Origin: Amphiscolops sp. MND2022
Taxonomy: Eukaryota
DNA: 64,000 nt
Reading direction: 5' to 3'
Assembly: GCA_964187785.1 (NCBI GenBank)
Contig: OZ076413.1
Location: 45,324,001-45,388,000 of the forward strand
The position numbers and the translations under genes were made by a program. The notes under the pieces were generated by a model. That model searched no databases. It was not told where the DNA came from and worked only from the letters and a program-made list of their open reading frames with translations. Positions 12,782-24,754 of this stretch are shown piece after piece (positions within the stretch are counted from its first letter, which is position 1; each line of letters begins with the position of its first letter).

Positions 12782-13507
12782 CTAACGATAAGCGCTGGCG
12801 CTTGAACCGCAACGTAGAGTGGAGGAACTAGAACAGCGAATATAATCTGGGACCTAGATCTCCGCGGCTCTAGCTCATTTTCCCTCCGAAGGAGCCAGTC
12901 CCAAGGTGGGGGAACCGTCTTGTAGGATACTCTCTGGCCTGGTCCTAGTCTGTAACTGCTAAAAGTAACAGGCATCTTGCAAGAATAAAGACCACTGCTC
13001 AACTAGCATTTAAAAATCGGGCTGAAAATCGATGAAGGTTGAACCGTAATATTGGAGAATCTGATAAAATCGCCAAATTGGATAAACAGATGTTAAACAA
13101 CAGCTCTCGAGCATATTAATTTACCACATCAAAAAATACAACAAGAGATCAAGAGTTCAGAGTCATTTGATGAAAATTGACCTCAGCTTCCCAGCGCTAG
13201 CGCTAGTTGCCACACAGGATACCGCAGGGATACTCAGGCAAACATCTGGAACACTGGTTTCCTTTACTGTAGTAATGGATATCTCCTAGAGATAGACACA
13301 ATACCGTGTTCTGTATGCGTTGGGGACGTCTCTTTGTCGTCTCCGGTGCTTGCTCTTCGCGAGCGGCGATTTCTGGTTTTTGGGGTGCTTTTTCTGGCAG
13401 GTACTTCGTCTTGAGCATGTTTGAGTGCCACGTCAAATTTGAACGAATTTTTGACAAAATTTCTAAACATGTCGGTTGATATTGCTGTACCAGAGCTTGC
13501 CGTTACA
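12781..13507 (-). repeat. 3' LTR of element A
   Basis: Matches 30484-31209 with about 2 internal mismatches seen. Inner end GTTACA, outer end TCTAAC instead of TGTAAC. Confidence 0.95.
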
Positions 13508-13516
13508 TCACTCCCC
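13508..13516 (-). other. Short polypurine tract of element A
   Basis: Minus strand GGGGAGTGA immediately before the TGTAAC start of the 3' LTR. Confidence 0.55.
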
Positions 13517-13830
13517 AGGCTCCTGGCTTGTCGTCCCTGGCAAGCGGCATCTGGCTCGTCTGGAAACTGCATCACAGTGACTGCTGGGAACCATCATCCA
13601 CACATCGGGGAACAAGGACGAGTCCTTGTTTTTCGGCAACAATTTCGGTCAGTTTTTGCTGTTTTTTCGAGAGAAAAAAAACTTACTGCCTAGCTATTCG
13701 TACAAAACACGAACGAGGTTTTAGCACCAGCTCGAGAGCTAAGGTTTTCAGCCGGTTAAAACTCGTTTGGGCAGCCAACTTACATAGAAACTTTTTTTTT
13801 GCGACCAAAGTCGGCTAAAATGTCTTTTTC

Positions 13831-16800
13831 TTACCATTTGACACTTGTAGTCTTCAATTCACTTCTGGCGGTTAAAAACTTTTTTAGAGCTTGCGGGCTC
13901 TTACGGTGAACAACCAAATTGATGAAGTGAACTCTGATGGCAACTGTTTCAGAGTCCGACAGACTTTCGGGGAACGACAACTCGGCAATAGGCTGCACTT
14001 GTGCTGCATTGGGAGTCAACTCGGCGGCGTGCTCTCCGGACTGCTGCTGCAAAGACTGAGGGCTAGTTCGCGACGAAGACGGGCCAACTGGTTCTGGCTC
14101 CAAGTTGTGGGTTGGAAGGTTAATGGTGATCGGTTGAGAGATGGGCCGATCCAAAGACATCGCCATCGTTGGTGCGAGCATGGTAGGCGCGAACGCCTGT
14201 TGTCTCGCTATTTCTGCTCTACCTTCTACCTCTAGTGCGACTCGGCGTGAGATCCACCCAGGTTGGCTCCAGAGCTCGCAAGCTCTCTTCCACTTAGGGA
14301 AGCTAGCAATCTCCAACTCCAGACAGTACTCTTCCCATCTTGCTCGTTCTGTCGAGCCCAACACGGAATTGATCTCATCATGCTGGACGATGGACATATC
14401 TCCAGACATAGTCATCTTTCCCGTAGGCTTCCATGCCGACTTCCTGGGGAATGGGGTAACGCGGGATTGGAGATTCCTTTGCCTGATCTGAGCAGCGCCT
14501 TCAATCCATCCTGGGATCTGGGCTGATTCCAAGTGCTGGATTTGACGGTTGAAAACCTCCGGGGCGCGTCCAACGGGTTTCGCCCTTGGCCAACCTAACG
14601 GCTCCTTCCAATAGCGGTTCGGGAAGGCGATGCATTTAAAGCAGTACAAAGGGTCCACGGGTGGACCAGCACTAGTGCTGGCGCGAATCGCCTTTCTTAC
14701 GAACTCTTGACTCCAGAGGAATCTGAAGGGGACTCCTTCCAGACTGAGAGGTGCGGAGTACCAGTTCACAGGCCCATGCTCTCGCGGCAGAAGACATTCT
14801 TTCCTGGTGCGCGCGCGCAACAAACCCATCAGGTTCTCCTCCAACTCTCTTTCGGATTTCACGGTCGTGTACCCATGCGGCACTTCACCACTCAGCACGG
14901 CATGTATTACCCTTGGATATGCCAGTGAGGGACGGCCTCGCAGATAGGTGCTAAAGGAGACCATGTGCACTTGGACTGCTGTTGCTAACGGTTTTGTAGG
15001 GTATCGGCATACGCCCACTGCGCCAAAGATGGGGGCCAAGACAGGAGCCATGGCTGCCACAAAATCCTCTACCTCAGCCAGGGTGAGATCAGCAATCTGC
15101 TGCGGCAAGGGGAATCCTGCCGTTTCCCGTGGGATCTGCTGGTCTGAGTTGTGTAGTGGTTGGTATTGGTCCACGCCCACGAATAGACTGGAGGCGAACA
15201 CCAGGGTGGAATATAGCCAGTGCTGGATCGACGCACGCATGCGCTCCAGTTGGGCGGAATAATCTTGTTGGTCCTTGGAGGTCATTGAATGTCCCCAGCG
15301 GGTCAGGCTGCGTAGTTGTCCTTGTGCCAGGACCAAGTAGCTGTAGAACACGGTGAGGTCGCAGGCAATCACGATGTCGACCAATAGGGCTAATGGTCCG
15401 GCTACAAACTTCGTTGGACCCATCGCTAGCGCGAGCGCTAGTATTTCTCCGACAGTTGCCTCTCCAATTGTTTCTAGTAGCTTGTCCGTTTGCGTAGTGG
15501 TCAGCGAAAACTCGGAAGTTAGCACTTCAAGGTTCCATCCCAGACCAAGACTGGTACAGAAGGCTTCCAATGGACAATTGAGCTCTCGAGCTACTTCTGC
15601 TAGAGTCCTGGTGGCAAACCTAGTCTGGTACCAATAGGCGTAAGTGGTAGCTGAGGCGTCGACCTCTGCCTTCAGATTTGTTGCTTCCATTGCCACGATG
15701 CACCGCAGTCCTACAGGCAGCTTCACGGGCTCGATTCCTGAGGCGAAGTGGATCTGAGGAGTTGTTCTCTCAACGGTGCGCGCTGCAGGCCATGCACCGA
15801 TTTGTTTTGTCAGTTCGGCTAACTCTGCACGCACTGGGATTTCTTTGTCCTTTCGCACTAGCCAGTTGTACCGACGAACAGCCTCTCGGTCGGTCACATT
15901 TGACTCTCGGGCGATGCGGTTGCCGTCAAGGTCAAAGGCCATTCTGCCCATCCGCATTCCATGATCATAGAGGATAGCGTCGTCAATGGTTAGCTGGGCG
16001 TTTCCCGAGCGTTCTATAGCCACGAGTGCTCTAGATACGGCGGCAAAGAAGGCTGGATACGGTAAGGTATCTGGGCGCAGGTCCTCTCGGTCCACACGCA
16101 AGTTTGGTGCACAGATGGCGAATTCGACTCTGCGCGCCTTGCATACCTCCAGCAGAATGTAGACAAACTGCTGCAGACTTCGTGGCCAGTACATAAATCC
16201 TGGTGGGGATACAAAGAGCGCGAGCGCTCCCAGACGACCCCGAAGGATCCCTGCGGCACGTTCCATTGCACCGACCACCTCATTTACCAGGGCTGCAATG
16301 TCTCCAGGTCGTCGGACATCGGACATTATACCGTCCAGGTCACGCAGCAACCCTTCGCAAGCCATGTGATCCAGAAGATTGGCAAAGATCACGCGCTGTG
16401 GGGGTGGTTCCTTCTGTGATCCTCTTAAGTTTGGATCGTATATGGCTCCAACCATCTCAGCGATCTCAGCGAAGCGAGACAGGGGCATAGTCGGTACCAG
16501 CACGTCAGGCATCAAGTTGTCAATAGGCAGGTCACTCCGGCAGGTAGAATCAACCGCCATGCAGTAGCGCGCGCGCTGCAGAGCTGCTTTCAATAGTGGT
16601 TTCAGAGATCTCAAGTTGCGGACGTAGCGGGCGTTCGCTTCCCATGTCTCACCTTCTCGCAACACATACCGTGCGGGGAATTGCTCGGTGATGTTGTGTT
16701 GCAGGGGTGCCATGTAATCGTTAGTTGTCGTAGGCAGCTGCTCTCGAGCACGCTGTTCCCAGGCCTGCTCCGACATATCTGCGTCCCGGGGGCGCAGCGA

Positions 16801-18103
16801 ACATGTGACCTGCGCCGGTATCGTGGTTCGGTTAATCTCCTTTTGCTCCGTTTCAGTTGGAGGGGTCCTTTTCTTTATAGCGCATTGACTGGGGTAGAGA
16901 TGCTCAGCCGCCATCCAAATGCGTTTGCTATCATTGGTGACTACTGAACCGGATACGTCATCAGATGGAGGGAGGAAGGCTGGAGGACGGGCTTCCTCCA
17001 CCGTCTCAGGTATCTCCAGGGACATATCTATTGGATTCGTGCCCGAGGGCACAGAGCTCACTTCCGAGCCTGCATCCGGATCTCCATACTGCTCGATCGC
17101 GTCCGCTAAAGACATTTGAGGCGCGCCTCGGCCTAGATGACCCACCCGGTACGGAGGCCTTGGGATGTCTACACTTTTCAGCTGGGGTCGAGGTACATCA
17201 GCGCGCTTGTCGGGAGGGGGACGACTAGTCGGGCTCTCGGTTACTGAGCTAGCTGGGGTGACTGAGGCAGTTTCTTCAGTTAGTCGCTTTCTCCCGGCTT
17301 CTTCTCGTGTGCCAGTAGCAGCGCTTGCGCTGTTGCTTGGTCCAGCGGCAATTTCCACATCCATTGATGCCGTCTCGACTAAAGGAGCAGGAGGGTCACA
17401 GCCCGAGGGCTGAACAGCAGCTTGCAGATAAGTGGCTAGTCCAGGGATTCTCTGCTCTACGGCACGAACAAAATCGGAGGAGTTCGGATAGTTGGCCACT
17501 GCTTGCAAGGCCACAATTACGGCCTGTTCCAGTCAGCTCTGGGTTAGGTATGGGTGGCAACCGGGACCCCGAGGGCTCCCGATCAGAGACTGGTGCACTA
17601 GTAGTGGTTTGCAGTACCATGTGTGGCGCTCGATATGAGGTCCCAAAGGCAGGTGAACCGGAATAAGTTGTCGTCATTGGTACTGGTTTTGGTGCTGGTG
17701 GAGGCAATGCGACCATCTGAGGAGGTGGCATCGTTGCAACGCTGGCAGACACCATACACAGGGAAGCATCTTGTTCGAATCTCGTGCCCTGGCTGGGCCC
17801 GAGCACCGTGGTAGAGCGTTCACCCAAGAACTGATGCGTCAAATCGTGGCCATCCCACGCATTGTTTTGGCAGGTTAGCGTGCGACGGTAACCGGTTACT
17901 TCCGTCACCAGAGACACAGATACACCTGGCAGCGTCTGCATCGTGTCTAGTTGAGTGAGCAGGGCGGCCACGCCCGCTACCGCTAACGGTGAGAGGCCGT
18001 TCCTCAGTCGTTCTTCTACATATTGGACTTGATTAGTCCTCTGCGCTCGCGCAGGCAATTCTTGAGACCTATTGGTGTGAGGTCCCGTCGTGGGAATAGG
18101 CAC
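13831..18103 (-). CDS. Extra ORF of element A in the env position (~1400 aa after one frameshift); contains a degenerate SGNH-like domain; function unknown
   Basis: 1227-aa ORF 13831-17514 plus overlapping upstream ORF 17396-18103, joinable near 17533 (PNPEL / LEQAVIVALQ). Confidence 0.75.
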
Positions 18104-18414
18104 CGTGTTGTTGGGGTAATAGGCTATTATATCATAGGTCTAAAGAGGACTACCGTTAGGCTCACTAGGTGCATTGTGGGGAGAGCTTAAGGCTCATCAT
18201 CCAGTTGCAATAGTACAAAGATGGTTCCATAGGGGAACCGCAACAAGTTTAAATTGTAGTTCAACTAACTAACTAGAACATAAAGATAGGAGTTATTTAA
18301 CGCTACGTTACAAGGTAATCATTCCATGGGATAGTTTAAGACTTCCTCCCAGACATGACAATTATCGGGGTGGATAAATTAAATAGGGGGCAACAGAAAA
18401 AAGTTTTGGGCGGG

Positions 18415-20523
18415 CTACTCCGGCCCTATGCTCAGAATGGACACATACACGCGGTTATGCAGCACCACGTGAATGCCAGTGCCCTCCAGCAAATTCGTTA
18501 GGGTATGGTACAGGTTTACCAATGAGAGGGCGGGTCGCTCTGGATCCAGTATAGGTAGGTGGACCCTCGTGGATCCTTTCTCTATCAAACGCAGTATTAA
18601 GTGTGTCATACAACGTAGGTAGTCGTCGGTGAGCAGCGGCGCACGCTGGTTTGCTCTGATTATCAATAAGTGAATACTCTGATTGGGGTTTGGGTTGATA
18701 TCAGGGGGAATGGTGAGAATCTACCCCACCTTAGGACGTAGGGAGAACACATCCTCCTTGCCGCATTCTCGTAGCACGTACCGTAGGGCGGCTGAGTTGG
18801 TCTCTAGGTCAGCGGGACACGCTAACACCATATCACCTTCTACTTGAAGAAAATCAGTCACATCATATGAGAGGTGCTCTGTTGGGGCTGGATGCAGAAT
18901 TCCCGGGTAGATAATCTCTCTCCCCGGCCCATTATCGGCAGGTAAGCATACGCGGGGCGTACGCCCCTGGATTGCAGCCAGATCTTGCCACACCGAGCGT
19001 GGCATCGCTCGATTATCACTGCTCGCCCTGACCCATGTGTCTAGGGTGCTCAAAGCGGCTTTTGGGGGAAACGGAATCTCGAAAGTATGAGTCCACTCAT
19101 CCAGCAATCTAATGCGAGGATAATTGGTGAAACAAGTGATGATTAGTTCCAACCACCACGCGAATTTCACTTTGCCACGATACCAGTCTATAATGTGGAA
19201 GCAAAGTATCAAGTCCGCGGTAGTGAGGGTCCTCAGACCTTCCAAGCAGGACAGCAGGTGCAGTGGTTCCACTATTGCCTCCACTCGTGGAGCAGTAACC
19301 AGCAACCACCAGTGCGGCGCTGGGCTGTATACTCCGCCCGGATCCACGTGAATTCCGTATTTGTCACAGAGAAGATCAGCGTTGATGCATCGGACCATTT
19401 GCACAGGCTCCCGCTCGAAGTTGAAGGGTCCAAACGCAATATTGCTGGGTACTGGGGGCATCACCGTTGCGAGGGTAAACTCTAACCCTTTTCCGTCGCT
19501 AGTCCACTCCTTGAATCGAGGACACGGAGCTTTCGCTACTCCAGGTGATGATAACTTCTCCAGAATAGTATCCATGGGATGGTCTCCGTGTCGTTCCAGG
19601 GAGGAATAAGTCTTCTCAGCTCTCACCGTAAGGCGATGTACTAGATTTTCTCCCCGCTCCGGAGGAACTCCCCGGGCTCCAGTGGGAACCCTCCGGTTCT
19701 CATTGACGGCTAGCAAGCAAACACAGTCTCGCAGCCCACAGGTCCCGCATTTGTAGCGTGGTTGCCGCCTGCTTCTCAACTGGTATCGGGGGACCTCAGA
19801 AGCCTCGGTCGGCATTGCTGTTTCCGATGGCATTGTTGTTGTTGTTTCCTTCTTCCTCGTTCTTGCCTTCGCTCTGACCAGCCGTTTTGGCGTTTTGGGT
19901 GGTCTCCCCCTCCCCCTTTTGAAAGAAGGAGCGGTCCCCGCTCCGGGCAATGTCGTGGGAAGAGTAGGCACATTGGACTGAGCGTCGTCATCCTCGGTGG
20001 CGGACTTTAGAGGGAGGGAAGGAGCGGCCTGCCAAATGGGATAGTTATTGAGGAAACTCGTCAGCGATGGATTTGTCAGTAATGGGGCCGATGTTCCCAA
20101 TAATGAGGGCTGTTTTTCGGTGGTGTTTTCCGGCATTTGTGGTGACGGAGAGCGCGCGCGCTCATGGTCTGAGAATAGTTGAGGTAGACGATGGGTAGGG
20201 GATATTGATTGGTCTGAAGGGGGTTGGGGGACTTCGGGTTCCCTACGATCAGCATCAACGGGATCGGGAGGTACCGGTAACATGATTTCGGATAACTCGT
20301 CGTCAGTGCCCGAGGTCGAGTAGTCGAACTGCTGATAGTGCATGCGGGAACCTCCAGCACGTAGCTTTGTGCGCAGACGGGTATCCATCCAATGGTGCTT
20401 GCGCGAAGGCAAGGATACGTCAGATGCTTCTGAAAGTAGTTGTTCAGTTTTATATGAAGGCTGGGACTTATTGTCGTCAACTACTTCGATAGAACGTTCA
20501 GGGTCAGGGTCCATGAGTACCAC
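18415..20523 (-). pseudogene. C-terminal pol extension: AT-hook, Cys cluster, two TARG1/OARD1-like macrodomains
   Basis: 600-aa ORF following the integrase after a frameshift, continued past an in-frame TAG (18721-18723) by ORF 18415-18666. Motifs KRGRGRPPK, YQLRSRRQPRYKCGTCG, MVRCINADL...WLLVT, MVLACPADL...IHLLIIR...RVHLP...EGTGIHVVL. Confidence 0.65.
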
Positions 20524-23500
20524 TATTTCGCCGCTGTCCGCTTGCGCGGTGGCGAGCTCAAGGGCCGCCTGTGATGAGGTTTCAGGCGCTCAAAATGAAC
20601 CTTTTGGCCTGTGTCCAACACGTAGACACGTCCTTCTTGAAAGACTTGTACTACTTTGTGCGGGCCACGCCAGGCGCGCATCAGCTTGTGGGAGCCTTTT
20701 TGCGGCACGTAGCGGCAAAAAACCCAGACAAGCTCTCCTGGCTGGTAGGCTCGTGCTCGAATAGCACGATCATATTTCAATTTTTGGCGTAATTGGGCCT
20801 GGTGCGTATTGCGCCGGACCAAGTCGTGAATTTCTTGTTGGTGAGCCAACACATGATCCACGTATGCTTCATGCGTATCAAAGGACTTGGCCGCAAATTC
20901 AGGGTACAAAAAGGTGAGGGGGATTGCTTTCTCAACACCCCTTGTTAACATGTAGGGCGAGAAGCCTGTAATGGCGTGCCTGGTAGAATTATAGGCACCG
21001 ATCACTTCATCTAAGCATTGGTCCCAGCCGCGCATGCGGCGCGAGCAAAAGACTCGCAACAGGGTTAAGAGGGTTCGGTTTTGCCGTTCCACCAAACCTT
21101 GAGTTCGTGGATGTCCGGCAGTGGAGGTCACTTTAGTGACGTGAGCTGCCTTTAGGAATTCATTAGAGACTTCAGCAGTGAGGTTTGGAGCATTGTCTGA
21201 TTGCATGCGAGTGGGGGTGCCGTGGCGGGCAAACCATTTCTGCAGCAGCATTCGTGAGGTGGTCACTGCGTCATAGTCGTGGTGACTACAAGGGACTGCC
21301 TCTGCAAATATAGAGGAATGGTCGATGATGACCAAAATGCCGGTGTTGTTATTATCAGAGGGGCAGATTTTTAAGTGGTCATACTGGACCAACTCGTTGA
21401 AGTAGCCACTCTGAATGTTTTTCAGTTGAAATCGTACGTCACCAGGCTTGTCACGTACTTGTGAGGCACTGGCCGACGTATCGACCGACACTGCGCCGTA
21501 TGCCGGGCCAGGTGTGGCGCTCTTGAATTCGAGCTACCACTTTTGAGATACCTTGGTGTCCCATTGCGTCGTGCGCACGGATCAGAATTTCGTGCTGGTA
21601 CAGCTGAGGCATTATGATCATGCACGGACGTTCGTGCAATGGGCGTTGGGTGGGGTAGTATTGCACGCAAAGGACATCATTCTTGTTTATGAACAAGAGG
21701 TCCTTTTTCTGGCGGAAGTAGTTCTCACGCACGTTCTCGGGAAACACATCGTTATCTAGGGATTCACACCGCACGAGCTTCTTTAGTGCTAGCACATGGA
21801 CATCGCGGTTTTGGGCTAGGACCAAATCCTTGATCCCATGTACGGTATGAGTGTGTTCATGGAGCTCGGTGTCAATGTCCTTGAGGGCCATAATCGACTC
21901 GCGCACGCCACCAGGAGAGTTCTGTAGCATGGCGTTACTCGTTCCCGCCACAGAGTAGATGGTGCGAGAGGGGACATTTACTGCATGTGTTGGCAGCAGG
22001 TAATCCTCGCTCGCCTCCGTAGTGACGTCTATCCAGTCTTCAGGATAGTCTGGGTAGAAGTCCTAGTGCTTTTGCAGCACGGGTGGAGGCTTGGGCGGTA
22101 GAGGTGCGGCTAGCGCCTTTGCCTGTCGTTCTCGCTTGTTCGCTCGTTGCACACGGGGAAGCACACGGAGTGCTTGGTCAGGAGCCTTAGGCTCCAAGAT
22201 CTGCAGATGCAGTGGTAGGTCAGGATGATTTGGAATTATTCGACCTTGCAGGTCGAACCAGGGGGCTACGGGGAGGTTGTCGAATTCCTCGGCCGAGAGG
22301 AAATTCCAACGCTCTCCGGTAGCTGGCAGCTGCGCAAGCTGCTGTTCTCGGCATCGATAATCATTGGTTCGTTTGCTCAAGCCATCAGCATTGCGGTGTT
22401 GAGTTCGCGGTCTGTGTTCCACACGAAAGTGATACCTGTCCAGCGTCATGATCCAACGTCCAATCAATGCTTGGTCCGTGGAGTAGGTTTTCAACCAGGA
22501 TAGGGCTTGATTGTCGACTCTCAGGGTGAACTTTCGGGGGCAAAGGTAGCTGTGGTATTTCAGGATGAAGTAGTAGGCTGCAAACATTTCCAGCTTGGGT
22601 GCCCCATATTTGGCTTGGGTGGTGGTCAATTTTTTGCTGCCGTATATGATCGGTCGTAGGCGTCGCTCTCCTGGAGTTCCTTGCCACTGGTGTAGGATGC
22701 CGGAAATGGCAACGGCAGTGGCATCGGTGTCCAGCACAAACTCTTCTTCAGAATCAGGCTGCGCGAGCGCAGTCGCCTCGATCAATGCTTTCTTGATTTC
22801 GTTGAAGGCCTTTTGTTGGTCAGGACCCCATGCAAACGTGGCATTCAGTCCAGTAACGGCGTGGAGGGGCGCAACCAGTTTGGCATGCCATGGGATAAAT
22901 TCACGATAATAGTTGGCGAATCCCAGAAAACTTTGCATTTCTGTTTTGTTGCGAGGGATGTCCCAATCGCGCAGTTTGGCAACAGCCTTCGGGTCCGGTT
23001 TGGCGCCTTCTGCGGAGACCACGCGTCCCAGATATTTGATTTCTGGTTTCATGAAGTCGCATTTTGCTACGCGCATCTTGAAGCCAGCCTCGCGGAGGCA
23101 TTCAAAGACCTCGCGCAGACGCGCCATGTGATCTTCCACAGTTTCCGTTGCTATAACTATGTCGTCGATGTATGCCATGACCATGCTGCCTTTGCGATTA
23201 ACTATTTTTTGTAGCGCTCGCGCTATTGCTCGCTGGAAGGTGGCTGATGCATTGCACAAGCCGAATGGCATTCTTCGCCATTCGAAGAGTCCCAACTCAC
23301 AGGCAAAAGCTGTCTTGTGGCGGTCCGCCTTTCCAACGGAATCTGCCAGAAAGCCCAGGCAAGATCTATGCTAGTGTAGATCTTTGCATTGCCCAGTCGC
23401 GCCAGGCTTTCGTCTATGCGGGGCAGGGGGTAGGCATCCTTAATGGTTACTTCATTCAGCGGTCGGAAGTCACAGCAAAAACGCAACTCCCCGCTTTTCT

Positions 23501-24725
23501 TTTTTACCATTACGATACCACTTGCCCAAGGGGACAGTGAAGGTTGTATCATCCCTAAGGCAAGTAGGCTCCGAACCTCCTGGTTGGCTCGTTCAGCCTT
23601 TTCGGGGGACATTCTGCGAGCGCCTTCACGGTGCGGTACAGCCCCAGGCTCTACCTCTATCGTGTGTTTAGCAATGTTACAGCGGCCAATATCCGCCTTA
23701 CGCTTCATGAATAGGTCATCAAATTCGTTAAGAATGTTGTCCAAGGACTCGCAGGCGCTAGCGCCCCAGAGTTTTTTAACTTCTTGCAGTTGAGAATCGG
23801 GCCCAGGGATCGGGGCCAATAGGTCCGGATCGGTGCGCTTGCGAATCTCGCGCTCCGAAAGCCCCGCTTCACTTGGATCCGTCGAAGACAAAAACTCAAA
23901 TTCAGATGAAGAAGTTAACTCAGAAGCAGTGGATAGATTCATTTCACTGTACACTTTATAAACAAAATTTGCTCGACTGTTGTCGGCTTCAGTTTTGTGG
24001 TCAGTTTCTGCAGTAGCATCCAGCTTTTGGGGCACAGCCTGGTATACTAAAGACACAGGCACTACCGTGCCCAGGTGGGCACCACATCGTACACGCTGCT
24101 GGTTGCTGGTGAGGTTTATCAGACTCATATACAATGTTCCTGTCTCACTGACAGTGGCCACGCTGTCCTCTAAAAAGATGGTATTTTGCAATGAGGGGTC
24201 AGACAACGAGGCGTTAAGCGCCACGGTCTGGAAAATTAATGGTTCAAGCGCGTTGGTGACAAGTTTAGCCTTTGCCACTGTACGCTCGACAGGCTGTAGG
24301 ACCAGGTCACTGTCCAGAGCAATGGGAGTAGTTAGCGAAGCATCACCTACCTGGGTGTGTGCATGATGCCAGACGGGCTTCACTGGTGCTCGCACCACTA
24401 TCTTCATGGAGGTTAGATCTACCAGGACTTGGTAGGAACGGAGGAAGTTTCGACCCAACAGAAAGTCCTCCACGCCCATTGCGTCATCTACCACGACGAA
24501 ATTGGTTTCGAGTTCATACCCTCCCAACTGGAAGCGTACCTGCTCAGCCAACCCGAAAGTCTTTATTGTCTTCCCGTTGGCAGCGTACAAATCAATTTGA
24601 TAGGGTTTCAGGACCGCACCGGTCCGTGCAGCTACCCGGTTAAAGGCGGAGAAGGTTAGTATGGACACCCCGGAACCAGTATCCACCAAGCCTTGCAATG
24701 GGATAGGTGCCGCATGGGGCACCAC
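20523..24725 (-). pseudogene. pol of element A (protease, dUTPase-like segment, RT, RNase H, integrase), frameshifted
   Basis: LVDTGSG; SPWASGIVMV...DFRPLN...YPLPRID; YIDD; LDTDA...NADGLS; AHDAMGHQG...C; SDNAP...GLVERQN. Split over ORFs 23223-24725, 22063-23295, 21451-21951 and 20523-21491. Confidence 0.93.
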
Positions 24726-24754
24726 AAAAGAGACAACAAGCGACGCACGCTCAT

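Noticed and set aside
13831..17514. Retroviral-type env
   Set aside because: No clear signal peptide, furin site or C-terminal anchor; only its position is env-like.
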